From contig OX597826.1 of the NCBI GenBank assembly GCA_951406725.2, forward strand, positions 54,932,001 to 54,996,000: a stretch of DNA of 64,000 nucleotides, in the 5' to 3' direction. The notes below the pieces were generated by a model. That model worked only from the letters and a program-made list of their open reading frames with translations, did no database searches and had not been told where the DNA came from. Shown here in pieces: positions 41,500 to 56,194 of this stretch. A program made the position numbers and the translations under genes. The stretch comes from Octopus vulgaris. Its lineage: Eukaryota. Position 1 is the first letter of the stretch, and every line of letters begins with the position of its first letter.

Positions 41500-41665
41500 A
41501 GTGAGAATTTACAAAAAACAAAACAAAACAAAAAACGAAGACGGATGGGTAAACAACAAACAGATGTATTAGTTTAACGCTCGGGAAGGGAGAAAGTCTT
41601 TCACGTTTCGAGCCTACGCTCTTCGACAGAAAGGAACACAGAAATAAACAGGGAGAGAAAATTGA
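41500..41665 (-). mobile_element. Penelope-like pseudo-LTR with hammerhead variant
   Basis: Minus strand: cttt-CTGTCGA-agagcgtaggctc-GAAA-cg-TG-aaag followed by ccttcccgagcgttaaactaatac. A homologous decayed copy lies at 60833-60970. Confidence 0.6.
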
Positions 41666-42439
41666 AAAAGATTTAGTGGCTTGCGATCTATCATGGCGAG
41701 TGCCAAGCAGAGGGATCACACAGGAGAGCTAGGGAGAAGGGGAGATAATAAAGAAGTGGTGATCCCAAAACGAAGGTGCTCATGCATGTGTATGTGAGAG
41801 CGTGTAAGTTGCATGTGTATGGGGGATGGTGACCTTGACGTGTGCGTGTGTGCATGTGTGCGCTGGTGTGTGTGCTGGGAAGTGGTCAGTGGCAGTGTGT
41901 TCAGGATGGTGTGATGTGGTGTGGGGGAGGCGAGAGTGTGGGGTATAAGGGATGGGGTGGTTTATGGGGTAGGATGGGATGAGATATATATGTATATATA
42001 CATACACATATACATAATTACTTTATCCATTTGAATATTGTTGTTCTTTTTATTGTATGTATTATGTATTTGAATTATCAACGTCCAGGCTTCTAAACAC
42101 AGGTATTTTTTAATCATTATTTGTACTGTTTGTAAGTCCTTACATGGAATTTCGTCTGTTTATTGAACGAAGGTCCTGAAGAAACTGGTATGCATTAATT
42201 GGAATTTTATAAGTTTTAATAAGTTCCCTAGTAGATATGAGTTGAAACAAATTTTTGGCTTTATGTGTGTTTTTCCAAAATTTATGATGTTATGTTTTTT
42301 TATTTATATTATATCATCATGTAAATAAATTTTTAGACTGTTAATTGTATTTCTCTATTTCATTTAATAATTGTATGTATGAATATATATAAACAAAAAA
42401 GTACTAAAAGTTCTTTATGTGCCACAGGCTCTTAAGGTT

Positions 42440-42642
42440 GTTTTCTCGGATTCGTAGAGTATGTATTTTCCCTGCACCCTAAAGACGGGATGCCGGTCCG
42501 GTCCAAAGAAGCATTACTCAGTTTTGTCAGCTGATAGGTCCGCAGCAAGAAACGTGAAACCGCATCGACCGGTCCAAGAACCGAAACCTTATTCTTACGC
42601 TCATAAGTGCAACACGCCTAACCAATAAGCCACAAGCATCCA
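42440..42642 (-). mobile_element. SINE C (old)
   Basis: gacgggatgccggtcc..ttactcagttt.gtcagctga..aacgtgaaa..ggtccaagaaccgaaacc..cctaaccaataagccac. Confidence 0.7.
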
Positions 42643-42668
42643 TATACACACACATACATACACATACA

Positions 42669-42704
<36 letters not shown>

Positions 42705-42705
42705 C

Positions 42706-42850
42706 TCTTTCTCTTTTCTCTTTTACTTGTTTCAGTCACTTGACTGCGGCCATACTGGAGCACCACCTTTAGTCGAGTAAATCGACCGCGGGACTTATTC
42801 TTTGTAAGCACAGCACTTATTCTATCGGTCTCTTTTGCCGAACCGCTAAA
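42706..42850 (-). mobile_element. SINE A, 3' fragment
   Basis: cttttacttgtttcagtcacttgactgcggccatactggagcacc...gaaccgctaa. Confidence 0.85.
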
Positions 42851-42946
42851 TGGCTCTTTGCATAGTAACACATAACACTACATTTCTTTGAATCTTTCTT
42901 CCAATATATATGTATATATATGTATGTGTGTGTATCTATCTGTCTG

Positions 42947-43007
<61 letters not shown>

Positions 43008-43079
43008 TTATCTATCTATCCATCCATTAATCTCTCTCTCTCATCTCTGTATGTATACATCTCTCTCATCTCTGTATGT

Positions 43080-43115
<36 letters not shown>

Positions 43116-43444
43116 GTAAATAAATATATCGGTATATAATTATTTTTCTCTGTAATCTTTTTATTGCTATAATTGTTGTCGCTGTCATCGTCATTGATGC
43201 AGAGTGTTTATTTGCATCTGAATGATTTTTTTTTTCGTTCTGAGGATGATGACGCTGTTGTCATCTTTACTGGTGTTGCTGTGGTAATTCTCGTTGTAGC
43301 TTTATGGCGTACTTTTCGTTGATGGTGTTGTTGTTGTTGCTGCCGCTCTTACTGATTCTGTTATTGTTGTGGTCGTTGATATTACTATTGTTATTTCTAT
43401 TGGATCAAGATTAATTTTTCTTTTACCATACATAAATACATATA

Positions 43445-43478
<34 letters not shown>

Positions 43479-44100
43479 CAAAGATACCGAGATATGTTAG
43501 TGTATGCGTATGTGCTTCTATGTAAGAATGTATGTATGTACGTACTATGTATAAAAGGATGGATGGAAGTGTGTATATATATGCGTATATAATTATTTTC
43601 TGATATATCTGTTTTTGTTATTTTACGAAATAATTTACAGAAAAAGGTGTGTTACTTTCTGTTTTTTTATTTTTGTTGTTGTCGATATTTATATTTGAAT
43701 TTTGTATAATTTTTATTTAATTTTACGATAGATTTTTCTCTTACATTCCTGCATTTTGTGAAGAAAAATATACACAGAGATACAAAAAGAGAAAGCAAAA
43801 AAAACAAACAAATAGAACAACAACAACAATAACAACAACAACAACAAAAAGCAACAACTACAACAGCAGTTACAAAAAGCGATAACAACGTAATGCATAC
43901 TGGAACCACATAAACGAGGGGAGGGGCATGGTGGAGCGGAAAATCTGAATAAGAAAGCAAAGATGTGGACAAGAAGTGAGTTAAATTATGTGTACGCGCA
44001 TACTTATATATGTATGAGCACATACGCACATATATATACACGCATACATACATACATACCGACATGGTTATGTTTGCATATGTGTATATCTATCTATCTA

Positions 44101-44137
<37 letters not shown>

Positions 44138-44184
44138 ATACACGTGCATGTATATGTAGTTGTATATTTCTTTCTCCTCGTATC

Positions 44185-44248
<64 letters not shown>

Positions 44249-45163
44249 CATATATATACATATATATATACATATATATATATATCTATGTATGTATATA
44301 TATATATATATATTGTACATATATATATATATATTGTATATATATGTATATGTGTGTTTATATCTATATATATATACGTATATACACACTATAACTATGT
44401 ATGTATATATATGTGTGTGTGCATATGTACTTATGTATGTATGTATGTATATATAAGCAATTACGCAAATACATATGTATATGTATATGCGTATGCAAAG
44501 ACACAGCGATATGTGTGTATGCGCAGATGCGTATACGGAATTGCGTAAACAAATAACTATAAAACTAGATTAATTGATAAATTGTGTGATCAATACTTAT
44601 ATTGATTGAAGGATAGATCAGTAGATATGTATGTAGTTAAAATGGTTGGTGAAATGTACAAGATCAGATAAAGCGAATATGAATATATACGCACATTGGT
44701 ATACAGACTTATAGGCACATGCAGTTACTCATACATAGATACATATATACACGTATATCTTCAGATCACTGTAAGTATATAAAAGGAGAATGGCATGTAT
44801 GTATGAATATATGTGAGTGTGTGCTTACGCATATATACACATATATATTTCTGTATGTATGTGTGTGTTTCTTTGTAGGCAAGTGTGCATGCCTCCTTCT
44901 CTCTCCCTCTGACTTTCCTCTTCTCTCCTCTCTCTCTTCTTCTCACTTTCTTCCTCTCTCCTCCTCTCTCTCTCTATATATATATATATGCATATATATT
45001 TAGATATATATATGTATATACATATACATATGATGTGTGTGATGGTGTACATTCTTAAATGTATGTAGATTTCCATACACTTACATCTACATATATATAT
45101 ATTTCTGTATGTATATATATATGTATGTATGTATGCATGTGTGTGTGTATACACGCATATATG

Positions 45164-45202
<39 letters not shown>

Positions 45203-45233
45203 GAATTTATGTATGTATGTATGTATGTATGTA

Positions 45234-45288
<55 letters not shown>

Positions 45289-46316
45289 AACATATGTGTG
45301 TGTATATATGTAAATATATATGGGGATGTGTGTATTTACACACATATATTTTGAGTGAAGGAAAGAAATTCCGAGAGAAAAACAGAGAGGGAGAGAGAGA
45401 AAGAGAGAGAGTTAGGGGGTAGGGTGATTAGGGCGCGAGCAAGTGAGAGAGAGTGAGAAGCAATACATGTAGGAGTCAGCGAACAAGAAAATTTTGAGAA
45501 AGAGGGTTTGAAGATGGAAGCTTAAGGAGAATGAAACGAAACCAATCACGAAAATAAGCCCAAATATATATATATACACATGTATATATGTGTATATATA
45601 AAGAGAAAATTGAATCTAAGTGAACCGTTTCCTTTAGTGCTAGTGTAAAAATCCATCCTTGTATTGAATTGGAGACTGGAATGGGAGGGAGAGACGGCGA
45701 ATCGAAACTCAAGTAAGCCAATCTGAATCAATATCGCCAGTTAGGTTTTAAAATCGATCTCTGGTAACGAACTTAATATTGGTGGGTGGAGTGGAGTATT
45801 ATTAAGAAAAAAATATATAAATTGAAGTCGTATGAAAAAAAAAAGGGGCAGTACAGTAAACATTAACGGAAAGACAATTATGAGTGTGTGTTTTCGTGTG
45901 TGTATGTGTGTTTTGTGTGTGTGTGTGTGGATGTGTGCTGTTGTTGTGCGTGTGTGAGTTTTCGCATGTTTTTTTATGTGTGCATACATGCGCTTACAAA
46001 CATGTTTATACACGCCCGCCCGTATATATATATACACATATGTATAAGTTGATATATGTATCCTTGTTTAGAAATGTAATTATGTTAATATTTATGTGCA
46101 TATACTTGTACGAGCGAGATTTGTACGCGCAAGTATATATGTGTGTGCGTGCGCGAATTTACGGATAAGCATGTATGTGTATTTATACATATGTGTGCAA
46201 ATACGCACACATGCAAATACGCACACACATGCATGCATACAAGCATACACACACACATATACCTATATATATGTATCTATATATATCATCTATCTATCTG
46301 TCTGTCTGTCTTTCTC

Positions 46317-46348
<32 letters not shown>

Positions 46349-46405
46349 TCTATATATATATATATATATATATATCATATCCATGCATATCTATACCTAC
46401 ATTTA

Positions 46406-46540
<135 letters not shown>

Positions 46541-46871
46541 CTACATTTATATTTATCACTCTATCAGCCTATCTATCTACATATACACACGCGTGCGCGC
46601 AAACGCACACGCGCACACACATATATATCACTCTGATCATAAATGCCGTTGTATATTTACCATACATGAATAAAAAGTCGGTCCTCATGAATCTCAACGT
46701 ATATGATCTTATGGACGATATACATTTAACAGGGTGATATGCTTTTATGGACAATATGCATTTAACAGGAAGGTATGCTTTTATCTACTTGATTCACTTT
46801 AGTCATTTATTATAACACTGGAGGAATTGAACTCACCAAATACTTCACAACCGTAAATACAGTAGTCAATA

Positions 46872-47024
46872 TTACGTTCTGAGTTCAGACTGCACCGAGG
46901 TCGACTTTGCTTTTCATCATTTCGGGGTCGATAAATTAAGTAGCAGTTGCATACTCAGGTCGATCTAATCGACTGGCCCGCTCCCTAAAAATTTCGGGCC
47001 TTGTGCCTAGAGCAGAAAAGAATA
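46872..47024 (+). mobile_element. SINE B, 5'-truncated
   Basis: Body plus tail gggccttgtgcctagagcagaaaagaata. aatattacg occurs on both sides (possible TSD). Confidence 0.8.
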
Positions 47025-48169
47025 TTACGATCATCTTTGTTTGATTAGCGATGTAAGTTAATACCTTTTATTACAGTTATGTAGTAACCTGTGTTCCGTC
47101 ACTATTCCTACAACCGGCAGCGCTCGGAGGGAATTTGCAAATAAAGCTGATAATGTCGCTTGTTGGTGTTCATCTGTGACTTGTAGAATATAATAGTGTA
47201 GTTAGGTTTAAATATTTTGCGTGAATTTTGAGGCAACGCCTCATAGAATAAAACAATTATATAACAACATTCATACTAAAAATTTGTTGGAATTGTCTAA
47301 AGGTGTTGCAGCTAGAACCGATGATACGCCATAGACATTACTGTGAGACAGGAGAAAGACATGGCACAATATTGAAACAAAGAAAGTGTGCTGATAGAAA
47401 GCAGCCCTGTCAATGACCATAACTGGTAATATTTGTAGAGATGGCATTTGAAAATCGTTAGGATGGAAAGTGCGCCGGAAGCGTCAAAGACTGAGCAAAA
47501 AAAATCGAAAATGGACAAAATTTGGGATTTTATGAAAAAATATTGAAATGTTAACAAGCACTGAAACGTAGTAGTTCATGTATCAGGTAATGAAGATTGG
47601 ATAAAAGCGTTCCACCAATTTCTGAATAAAAATCGGCAGAAGCAGGACTTGCACTCATGCATTGGAAAGATGAATGCCATATATCTTGATCAACATATTG
47701 CAGAAACTAATTGTGAGCCAAGTATGCGAGAAAGATTTGTTGGTGAAAATTACTGGATAAGACATTATTTCTTTATTTTTATGGCAGAAACTACTAGGTT
47801 AACCCTTCGTGGGCCGGCGGTGTCCCTTGGAACCCCATAAAATTTTAAAAGTTATGCAACTTCTACATTTTTTATTTAAATGATTTTATATCTCATGACT
47901 TTTATTGTCAATAGTTTATGTATGCACATGAAAATTTAAGTTTAAAATTTCCAGTCATATGGATGTTATAGCGTAAAATATGCTCATTAGGGTCCAACTG
48001 GACTCCATTGGCCTTCTGTGAAATTATTTTTTTCTGTTCTTTTTTCAGATATTCTGATGAACTATAAGTCAATTTTCTTCGTATTTGTATTGGTATGAAT
48101 CGATATACTATGATATATTTTATTCGTTTTGTTTTATTTTATATTTAGTATATATATTTAGTAAGTATA

Positions 48170-48378
48170 CTCTCTTTACTCTTTTACTTGCTTCAGTCAT
48201 TTAACTGAGGCCATGCTGGAGCACCGCCTTTAGTAGAACAAATCGGCCCCAGGACTACATTCTTTGTAAGCCTAGTACTTATTCTGTCGGTCTCTTTTGC
48301 CGAACCGCTAAGTTACGGGGACGTAAACACACCAGCATCGGTTCTCAAGCGATGTTGGGAGGACGAACACACACACAC

Positions 48379-48449
<71 letters not shown>

Positions 48450-48552
48450 AATATACGACGGGGTTCTTTCCGTTTCCGTCTACCAAATCCACTCACAAGG
48501 CTTTGGTCGGCCCGAGGCTGTAGTAGAAGACACTTGCCCAAGGTGCCATGCA
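48170..48552 (-). mobile_element. SINE A nested in the piggyBac element
   Basis: Reverse complement of tail and body; head truncated. Confidence 0.85.
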
Positions 48553-48651
48553 TTTTATAGTTTATAAAACTACAAAAAAGTGCTAAATTTCTTGTTCTGT
48601 ATCAGACACTCACAGATATATACAAGATTAAACAAATACTCTTTTCTAATC

Positions 48652-48772
48652 TTGGCACAAAGCCCAAAATTTAATAGTTGGGGAGGCCAGTCGATTAGAT
48701 CGACCCCAGTATGGAACTGGTACTTAATTTATCGACCCCGAATGGATGAAAGGTAAAGTCGACCTCACGGAA
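48652..48772 (-). mobile_element. SINE B fragment nested in the piggyBac element
   Basis: ggcacaa...gtcgattagatcgaccccagt..actggtacttaatttatcgaccccgaa.ggatgaaagg.aaagtcgacctc. Confidence 0.8.
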
Positions 48773-48907
48773 TTATGATGAAACAAATATTGCTTTATGG
48801 ATAGTGCGGAAAAGCGCAAAATTAAAGAGGATCCCCAATGACCTTTTGTGTCATTCCAACCCTGTCGGCCCACGAAGGGTTAAAACCACTGGTCGTTTTC
48901 GGACCGG

Positions 48908-49158
48908 GGCAAGTATAGATGGGCTGGACACGTCGCCCGGTTCACCGATAATCGGTGGACGCACGCAGTTGTCGAGTGGTACCCGCGTGAGCTTAAAAGA
49001 CCACCCGGAAGACCTCCACGACGGTGGAGTGACGATTTCAAGAGGATGATTGGGATCACGTGGATGAGAAAGGCGCGCTCCAGAGAGGAATGGACAGCGT
49101 GCTGTGACCAGCGGTGTCAAATGGACGCCTGACGGACTGGTCGGTCAAAGTGATCAAT
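48908..49158 (+). mobile_element. RTE-clade LINE 3' end (uninterrupted frame)
   Basis: Manual translation GKYRWAGHVARFTDNRWTHAVVEWYPRELKRPPGRPPRRWSDDFKRMIGITWMRKARSREEW...*(stop 49130-49132), then a short tail. Confidence 0.9.
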
Positions 49159-49574
49159 TGTTGTATATATGTAACCAAATTTCTGGATGGATTAGTAGGG
49201 AAGGCGAAAAATGGATAAAATAAAATGGATAAAATGAAGTAAATGGTAAAAGCCTGTTTGTCTGGGAACAGTTTATGTCACATTCAGTGACTTTTAGTTA
49301 ATAGAACAACAAAACAGTGACCTTGAGATAAGCACTGAATCTGTCGGTGTTCATTTTGATATGATAGTTAAGGTGATGCTGAAGATGAAATAAAGTAAAT
49401 GAATGTGCTGTGGAGAAAAAAAAAACAGGAGTAACTATACTGGTTCCACCACTGACCCTCACCCAAAAACTGGATTGCTAAAATTCATGTACGGAAATAC
49501 AGCTGATATTTTAATGAACTCATTCGAGAAATATGGAATTTCTAATACATTCAATAATACAGAGGGTAAGATTC

Positions 49575-49662
49575 AATGACGATGCTGCTGCTGCTGTTGT
49601 TGGTGATGATGATGATGATGATGATGATGACGACGAGGAAGATGGTGATGGTGTTGGTGAAA

Positions 49663-49723
<61 letters not shown>

Positions 49724-50217
49724 GGAGGAGGATGATGATGATGATGATGAGGAGGAGGAGGAGGAGGATGAGGATGATGATGATGTCGATGATGGTATTG
49801 GTGACGATGGCGATGCTGATGCTGATGCCTAGAATGATGATAGCGACGATGAAAGTGGTGATGTTGGTGATGAAAATGATGATGACGATGGTGATGACGA
49901 CAACGAGGGTGATGATGACGACGATGATAATGATAACGGGGAGACCATGGTGGTGGCGTTGGTGTTGGTGTTGGTGATGATGATGACGATGACGATGATA
50001 ATGCAGGTACTAAAGGATGATGATGATGATCATCATCATCATCATCATGATCATGATTATGATGATAATGGTGACGACGACGATGTCGAAGAAGACGGCG
50101 GCGATGATAATGATGGTGATGATGATGATTTTGATGACGACATCCACGATGATGCTAACGATGATGATATCGATGAGGATAACGACGTGTGGATAAAAAG
50201 AACTTTAAAAGAGCTTC

Positions 50218-50249
<32 letters not shown>

Positions 50250-50430
50250 ATGTTGACAAACATGATGATTATAGTAATGACGATAAATAGAACGACGGCG
50301 ATGAAACTCATCATCTTGAGTGACTTGATGATGATAATGATGATGATGATGATGACTACGACGATAGCGAATACTATCATGAGGAAGATGATGGTGATGA
50401 TGATGCTGACAACGATGCTGATGATGAAGC
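49575..50430. repeat. Long (GAT)n-based compound microsatellite
   Basis: Direct reading; gives the poly-D/M/I/H ORFs. Confidence 0.9.
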
Positions 50431-51194
50431 AACCCAGAGTGCAATCTCTAATTACGGACAAGGCTAATAAGATTCTGAATTGCAATATTCTTCAACCTGA
50501 TGATTACCAACGTTTGTTCTGTTCTACAGATGATGCACAGATGCGATTTTTCTAAGTTTCTGAGAAGTTTTTGTTTGAAATATTTAACACTTACCCCGTA
50601 ATTGCAATTTAAAGCCATATTAAATTTCCATCTGAAATCTGAAATTTGCACATCTACATTAAGCTTACGAATTCATTTTCAGTTTCCGCTATTTAAAATT
50701 TTCCTTTTAATAATTATATCCTTTGAATGAATTGGATTACCCAATCAGAAATAAAAATTCACAGCTGAGATACAGTGCTATGATGAGCGAGTGTGACTGC
50801 GACAAAAGGAGTCGATAAAGTATGATAGACATTGGTGAAACAGCTAGGCTAAATAGCCATAATACAGAGTGAAATATTCAGTGTGAATATCCATGAGAGC
50901 TACTCAGTGAAATAGTACGTGTAAATATCCACATGATCAATAGAATGATACAGCAAGTGTAAATAACTATATGAATAAAAGAATGATAGAGCAAGTGCAG
51001 ATAGACCAAAGGGACACGTAATGATATATGGAATAAGTACAGTGTTATTGGACGCTCAGTAAAGGAAAGAAAAGGAAGAGGATTTCACGTTTCGAGCGGA
51101 GGCTTATCATTGGAAATATAGAAAAAGTACAAAGAAGGGAAGACGGAGAAAGAAAATCGTCAACGATACACACGCGGTCACATATTGTATATTA

Positions 51195-51229
<35 letters not shown>

Positions 51230-51239
51230 TGAGAAGCTA

Positions 51240-51482
51240 AGCGTGGGTGTGGGGCCTTGGGGAAGTGTCTTCTACTATAACCTCGGGCCAATAGAAACTG
51301 AAAGAGCCCCCAATTGATGATGGTGTGTTTACGTCTCTGTAACATAGCGGTTCGGCACAAGAGACCGATAGAATAAGTACTAGGCTCACAAACAATATGT
51401 GATGGGGTCGATTTGTTCGACTAAAGGTAGTGCTCCAGCATGGCCGCAGTCCAATGACTGATATAAGTAAAATTTAAAAGAA
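51240..51482 (+). mobile_element. SINE A, internally deleted
   Basis: ccttggggaagtgtcttctactata..gaaactgaaag..then the 3' half and tail; the microsatellite segment is absent. Confidence 0.75.
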
Positions 51483-51524
51483 TATATATATATATGCATA
51501 TATATATATATATATGTATATATA

Positions 51525-51622
<98 letters not shown>

Positions 51623-51648
51623 CATACATACATACATACATACATACA

Positions 51649-51682
<34 letters not shown>

Positions 51683-52406
51683 CATACATATATTGTGTTT
51701 ATAGTTGTAATTGACTCATTATAGCATCATCTCTTGCAAGGAAAACAATATTCGTGAAGCAGCGATCAGGTTTATGGCTATAACAAATAACCATTAGAAA
51801 GAAGAACAGATAAAGACAAAGATTTTCAATGCAAATTCTATTACGGCATGTAAACATGTGTATTTAAAAATGAACGGAGCTTTCTCTATTTTAATTTTCT
51901 TTATTGTAATTTCTATACATTTAAGTAAGATAAACATATTCGCCATCGGTATTGACTTCTTTGTACACTGATCTGCATACACATGTTTGTATATATGTGT
52001 GTTTCTATGTGTGTCTGTGTGTGTTTGTATGTGTGTGTATGTGGGCATTATACACGGATGCACATATATACATACACTTGTCTACGTGTGTGTATATGTG
52101 TGTATACTCATATATGTGCATACACACTCACATATACACACACACACATATATATACATATATATGTAATACATACACACATACCTACAAACGTACATAC
52201 AAGCATGCATACGTACATGTATGTATGTAGTATAGAATGACACTGACAATAATTTAGATAGTATAAAAATTGAAAGCAAAGCCAGTGCAGTAATATAATC
52301 AATGACAGCCACAATATACACACAAGCTTGAAAGACATGTAATACAAGATATATACATTCACCAGTTTATACATACCAACACACGCCCACACATACCATC
52401 ATGCAT

Positions 52407-52480
<74 letters not shown>

Positions 52481-52679
52481 TCAGATGTAATGGCATACTA
52501 TTCAGTATCAACACACAAATGACCGATGAAATATATACCACATGCAGCGAGTGGAATAGCATTGAAGACATGCAGCTGTACCAAGACTGTCGACAACAAC
52601 AACAACAACAACAACAATGACACATTCACCAGAACCAGAATGTATGCATGCATGTCGTTAACAACAACAGCGACAGCGC

Positions 52680-52828
52680 TGTGAGGTAAGTAGTTTGCTT
52701 ACCAACCACATGGTTTCTGGGTTCAGTTTCACTGAATGGCACCTTGGGCAAGTGTCTTCTACCATAGCCCCGGTCCGACCAAAGCCTTGTGAGTGGATTC
52801 CGTAGACGGAAACTGAAAGAAGTCCGTC

Positions 52829-52830
<2 letters not shown>
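52680..52830 (+). mobile_element. SINE A, 5' half
   Basis: Runs from the head to gaagtccgtcg-(TA)n. Confidence 0.8.
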
Positions 52831-52864
<34 letters not shown>

Positions 52865-52989
52865 CGGCATTTTGCTTAGCGGCATTTTGCTTAGCGGCAT
52901 TTTGTCCGGTGTGCTACCGATTTTGCCAATTGAATGCCTTATGAGCAAAAGTAGTAATAACATTACTTTGAAGCATTTTTGTTTGACGC

Positions 52990-53178
52990 AGCAGATTCAG
53001 AAGAGTGTTTTAGTCGATTACTTCAACAGAATGTTAAGTTGGTACTTGTTTCATCGGACCTAAAAGGATAAAAGGCAAACTCGACCTTGGCGGAATTTGA
53101 ACTCAAAATGAAAAGATAGACAAAATACCACTAAGCATTTCGCCCGGCGTTCTAACGTTTCTGCCAATTCACTTCCTT
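52990..53178 (-). mobile_element. SINE B (diverged)
   Basis: ggataaaaggcaaactcgaccttggcggaatttgaactca..ctaagcatttcgcccggcgttctaacgtttctgcca. Confidence 0.75.
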
Positions 53179-53350
53179 TGCTGCAAAAGTAATATTGTAA
53201 ACAACGAACGATTATTCGCAAATTCATTCCTAATATGTCTAGCCACCTCCAGACGCTAAAAAATGCTGATGCTCTAATATACGTCATAGAAGAAAAATCT
53301 CTTTCTTCTACAACGTCAGTTTGTTACGCAATCGGTTGACTAGCACAGGG

Positions 53351-53400
53351 AATTCTGTGACACCGATGTTTCGAAATGTTTTGTCACTTCAGTCAGAAAT
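53351..53400 (-). ncRNA. Degenerate hammerhead motif
   Basis: Minus strand: ttctga-CTGAAGT-gacaaaacatttc-GAAA-catcggtg-TC-acagaa; one core substitution. Confidence 0.45.
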
Positions 53401-53867
53401 ACTTAGGACTTTTGACACTAAACTAAGCAAACTTTAGTTATACACGGCGTACACAGTGCAAAAAATGATTCTTTATTGGCTGGCAGATATAAGCACAGAC
53501 CAGCAAATATATTCTTCTCTGAAAGTATAAACACATTCCAGCGTCGATAACTACACTAGAAATGCCAAAGTTAAATCTAACAAACAATTTAAACTATGTT
53601 AAAATAAACAACGGCGTTAGGCAGACTAGTGTCGCCAGCAACAGTAACAGCAACGACAATACCAATAAAGCCAATGACACCAACTATAATAGTTTCGTTA
53701 TGAAAGGCAAAAAACAAAGCTATGTAACGGTGTTAACGTTGAATATAGCAACTGCAACAATAATGATGGCAATAGCAAAACTCATAGACATTTGCATAAT
53801 ATTTTTCGTTGTTAATGTGACATGGCGTGCGGTTCATTTACGCCATTAATAATCCCTATATACTATA

Positions 53868-54065
53868 GTCACAAGGCCTGAAATATGGGGGAAAAGGACC
53901 AGTTGATTACATCGACCCCAGTGTTTCACTGATATTTAGTTTATCGAACCCGAACGGATGAAAGGCAATGTTGGTTGCAGCGGAATTTGAACTTAGAACG
54001 TGTGGACGGACGAGGTGCCGCAAAGCATTTCGTCCGGCGTGTCAAAGATTCTGCCAGCTCTCCGA
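53868..54065 (-). mobile_element. SINE B
   Basis: cacaaggcctgaaat...atcgaccccagtg...ggatgaaaggcaa...cggaatttgaact...ttctgccagctc. Confidence 0.75.
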
Positions 54066-54682
54066 CTTACTTACGCCATAAATAATAAACACACTAGGAA
54101 ATAAATGCTGGGAAGCATTTCATCCGTTGAATTGCGTTTTGAGTTCAATTACGGGTGAATCAATTTTGATTTTTAAGCTTCGATGTCGATAAAATACTGG
54201 AGACCAATTAATCGAATAAGCACCTCTGTCTAAAATTCCTATTATTATGTTTCAATAAAAACAATAAGTTCTCACGACCTCAATAATTACGAGTACAGAA
54301 CGGAAGCTCTACTTAGATGCAGGACGTGCTAGAAATAGAAACAAATTATACCCTACAGATAAAGTAATTTGGAAAATGGTGTGATTAATAATCGGTACTG
54401 ACAAAGAAAATTTGGTTAACTCTAACCTCATACAGGATCAAACCTAGGGTTGAACAACAATGTCAATAAAATAATTTCCGAGGAAGCCGGGAAGAAAATT
54501 TCGTATAAAGAGTGAATACTAAAACAAATAATAAAGAATAAAATATACCAACAAAAGGTACATCACCACGTGACCGGCAGCAACAACAACAAGCAACAAT
54601 AATAAATAGATCAAAGCAATGAAACACTAAAGCTTTATATATACATATACATACATACATATATGTATATATATATGTATGT

Positions 54683-54788
<106 letters not shown>

Positions 54789-54806
54789 CTAGTATGTATA
54801 TATATG

Positions 54807-54843
<37 letters not shown>

Positions 54844-55015
54844 TCTTGAAAGGCTTATTATTCATGGCTAGAATTTTTTCGTTTAATCTCATAACCTCTA
54901 TTTATCCTGATCTCCTTTGAAAGATTCTTATCTATCTTTCCACTAATATCAAAAGGGAGATAATATATATATATATATATACACACAAACATACATATAT
55001 ATATTAATGTCTGCA

Positions 55016-55074
<59 letters not shown>

Positions 55075-55235
55075 TACGTATATATACATAATGTCTGTAA
55101 TGTACATATATATATATATACACAACGTTCTCCTTGTTTTACTATTTGGCCTGCAGCCGTGCGGGGTCACCTACTTAAAGGGTTTCAGACTATAGATCGA
55201 CTCCTATACTTATTTCTGTGATCTGTCTGTGTAAC

Positions 55236-55560
55236 AAGGCTGGTAATTTGGCAGAGTCGTTTGAGCGTTCTGCAGAATGCCTTATACATTCGTTACGGTT
55301 TGTGCGCCCTCAGTTCAAATTACGCCGGGGTCAACAGGGCCTTTCATCATTTCGCGGTCGATTTAAAAAAGCAGAAAAAAAAATCCTACCAATCATGGCT
55401 GTGGATTTCCGGAAGTGTTAGAAGGACTGGGAAGGTGCATAACCCTGCTGTTAGGAACCTGCACTCACGATCGTTTGGCACGGTTTCGATTCCTGTACCG
55501 GACGGTGCGTTGTGTTCTCTATCATTACATTTTATTTCACGTTATTCCAGTTCATTCAGG
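55236..55560 (+). mobile_element. Old SINE B fragment (55236-55365) followed by old SINE C head (55432-55560)
   Basis: ttggcagagtcgtt..agttcaaatt..cctttcatcatttcgcggtcgat; then ggtttcgattcctg.accgg..gcgttgtgttct..atttcacgtt..tccagt. Confidence 0.6.
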
Positions 55561-56045
55561 CATATATGAGAAATCCTACGTTGGACCAGTGTTCCAGAGA
55601 CCGGTTGACCGACCTAATAAATCCATGGGTTCAAGACAAAGCGAAGATGGAAAGCGTATCAACATAACTTATGGCATTTGTTTCGGGAGTTTGCTTTCTG
55701 ACGGCAATGTCTGCGATGACACAGGGACTGTATCGTCTCAAGTCGGCGGCATTTCTTTTGGATAAATAATAATACTGTGCAGGATGAAGGCATGCATGCA
55801 TGCTCAGTCTCCAGTCTTCCTTAAAATACCGTTCCCAAGAATCCATCTGTGTGATCACTGCCAGTCTAGACGGAATGTAAACCTTAAATTGTCACACCGA
55901 TAATTTACAGGATATAAATAATCACTGTTTGTTTATGAGCGATGATAACAAAATGACAGAGTCAGAAAGAAACACACACACAAACACATGTTTGTTTTTA
56001 TGTATGTATTTATCTGTTTATGTAGCTCCCTGTCTATCTATCTGC

Positions 56046-56082
<37 letters not shown>

Positions 56083-56091
56083 CATACATAA

Positions 56092-56194
<103 letters not shown>

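Larger units (their letters stand above)
47803..48879. mobile_element. piggyBac-type non-autonomous element with nested SINEs
   Basis: TTAA|cccttcgtgggccg ... cggcccacgaaggg|TTAA: 14-bp perfect TIRs starting CCC, with TTAA target duplications. Confidence 0.9.

Noticed and set aside
49533-50555. Poly-Asp/Glu 'acidic protein' ORFs
   Set aside because: (GAT)n microsatellite with frame-breaking interruptions; no splice or codon evidence for a gene.
52862-52905. 15-bp triple repeat tagcggcattttgct
   Set aside because: Local slippage within a SINE B head fragment; no independent significance.
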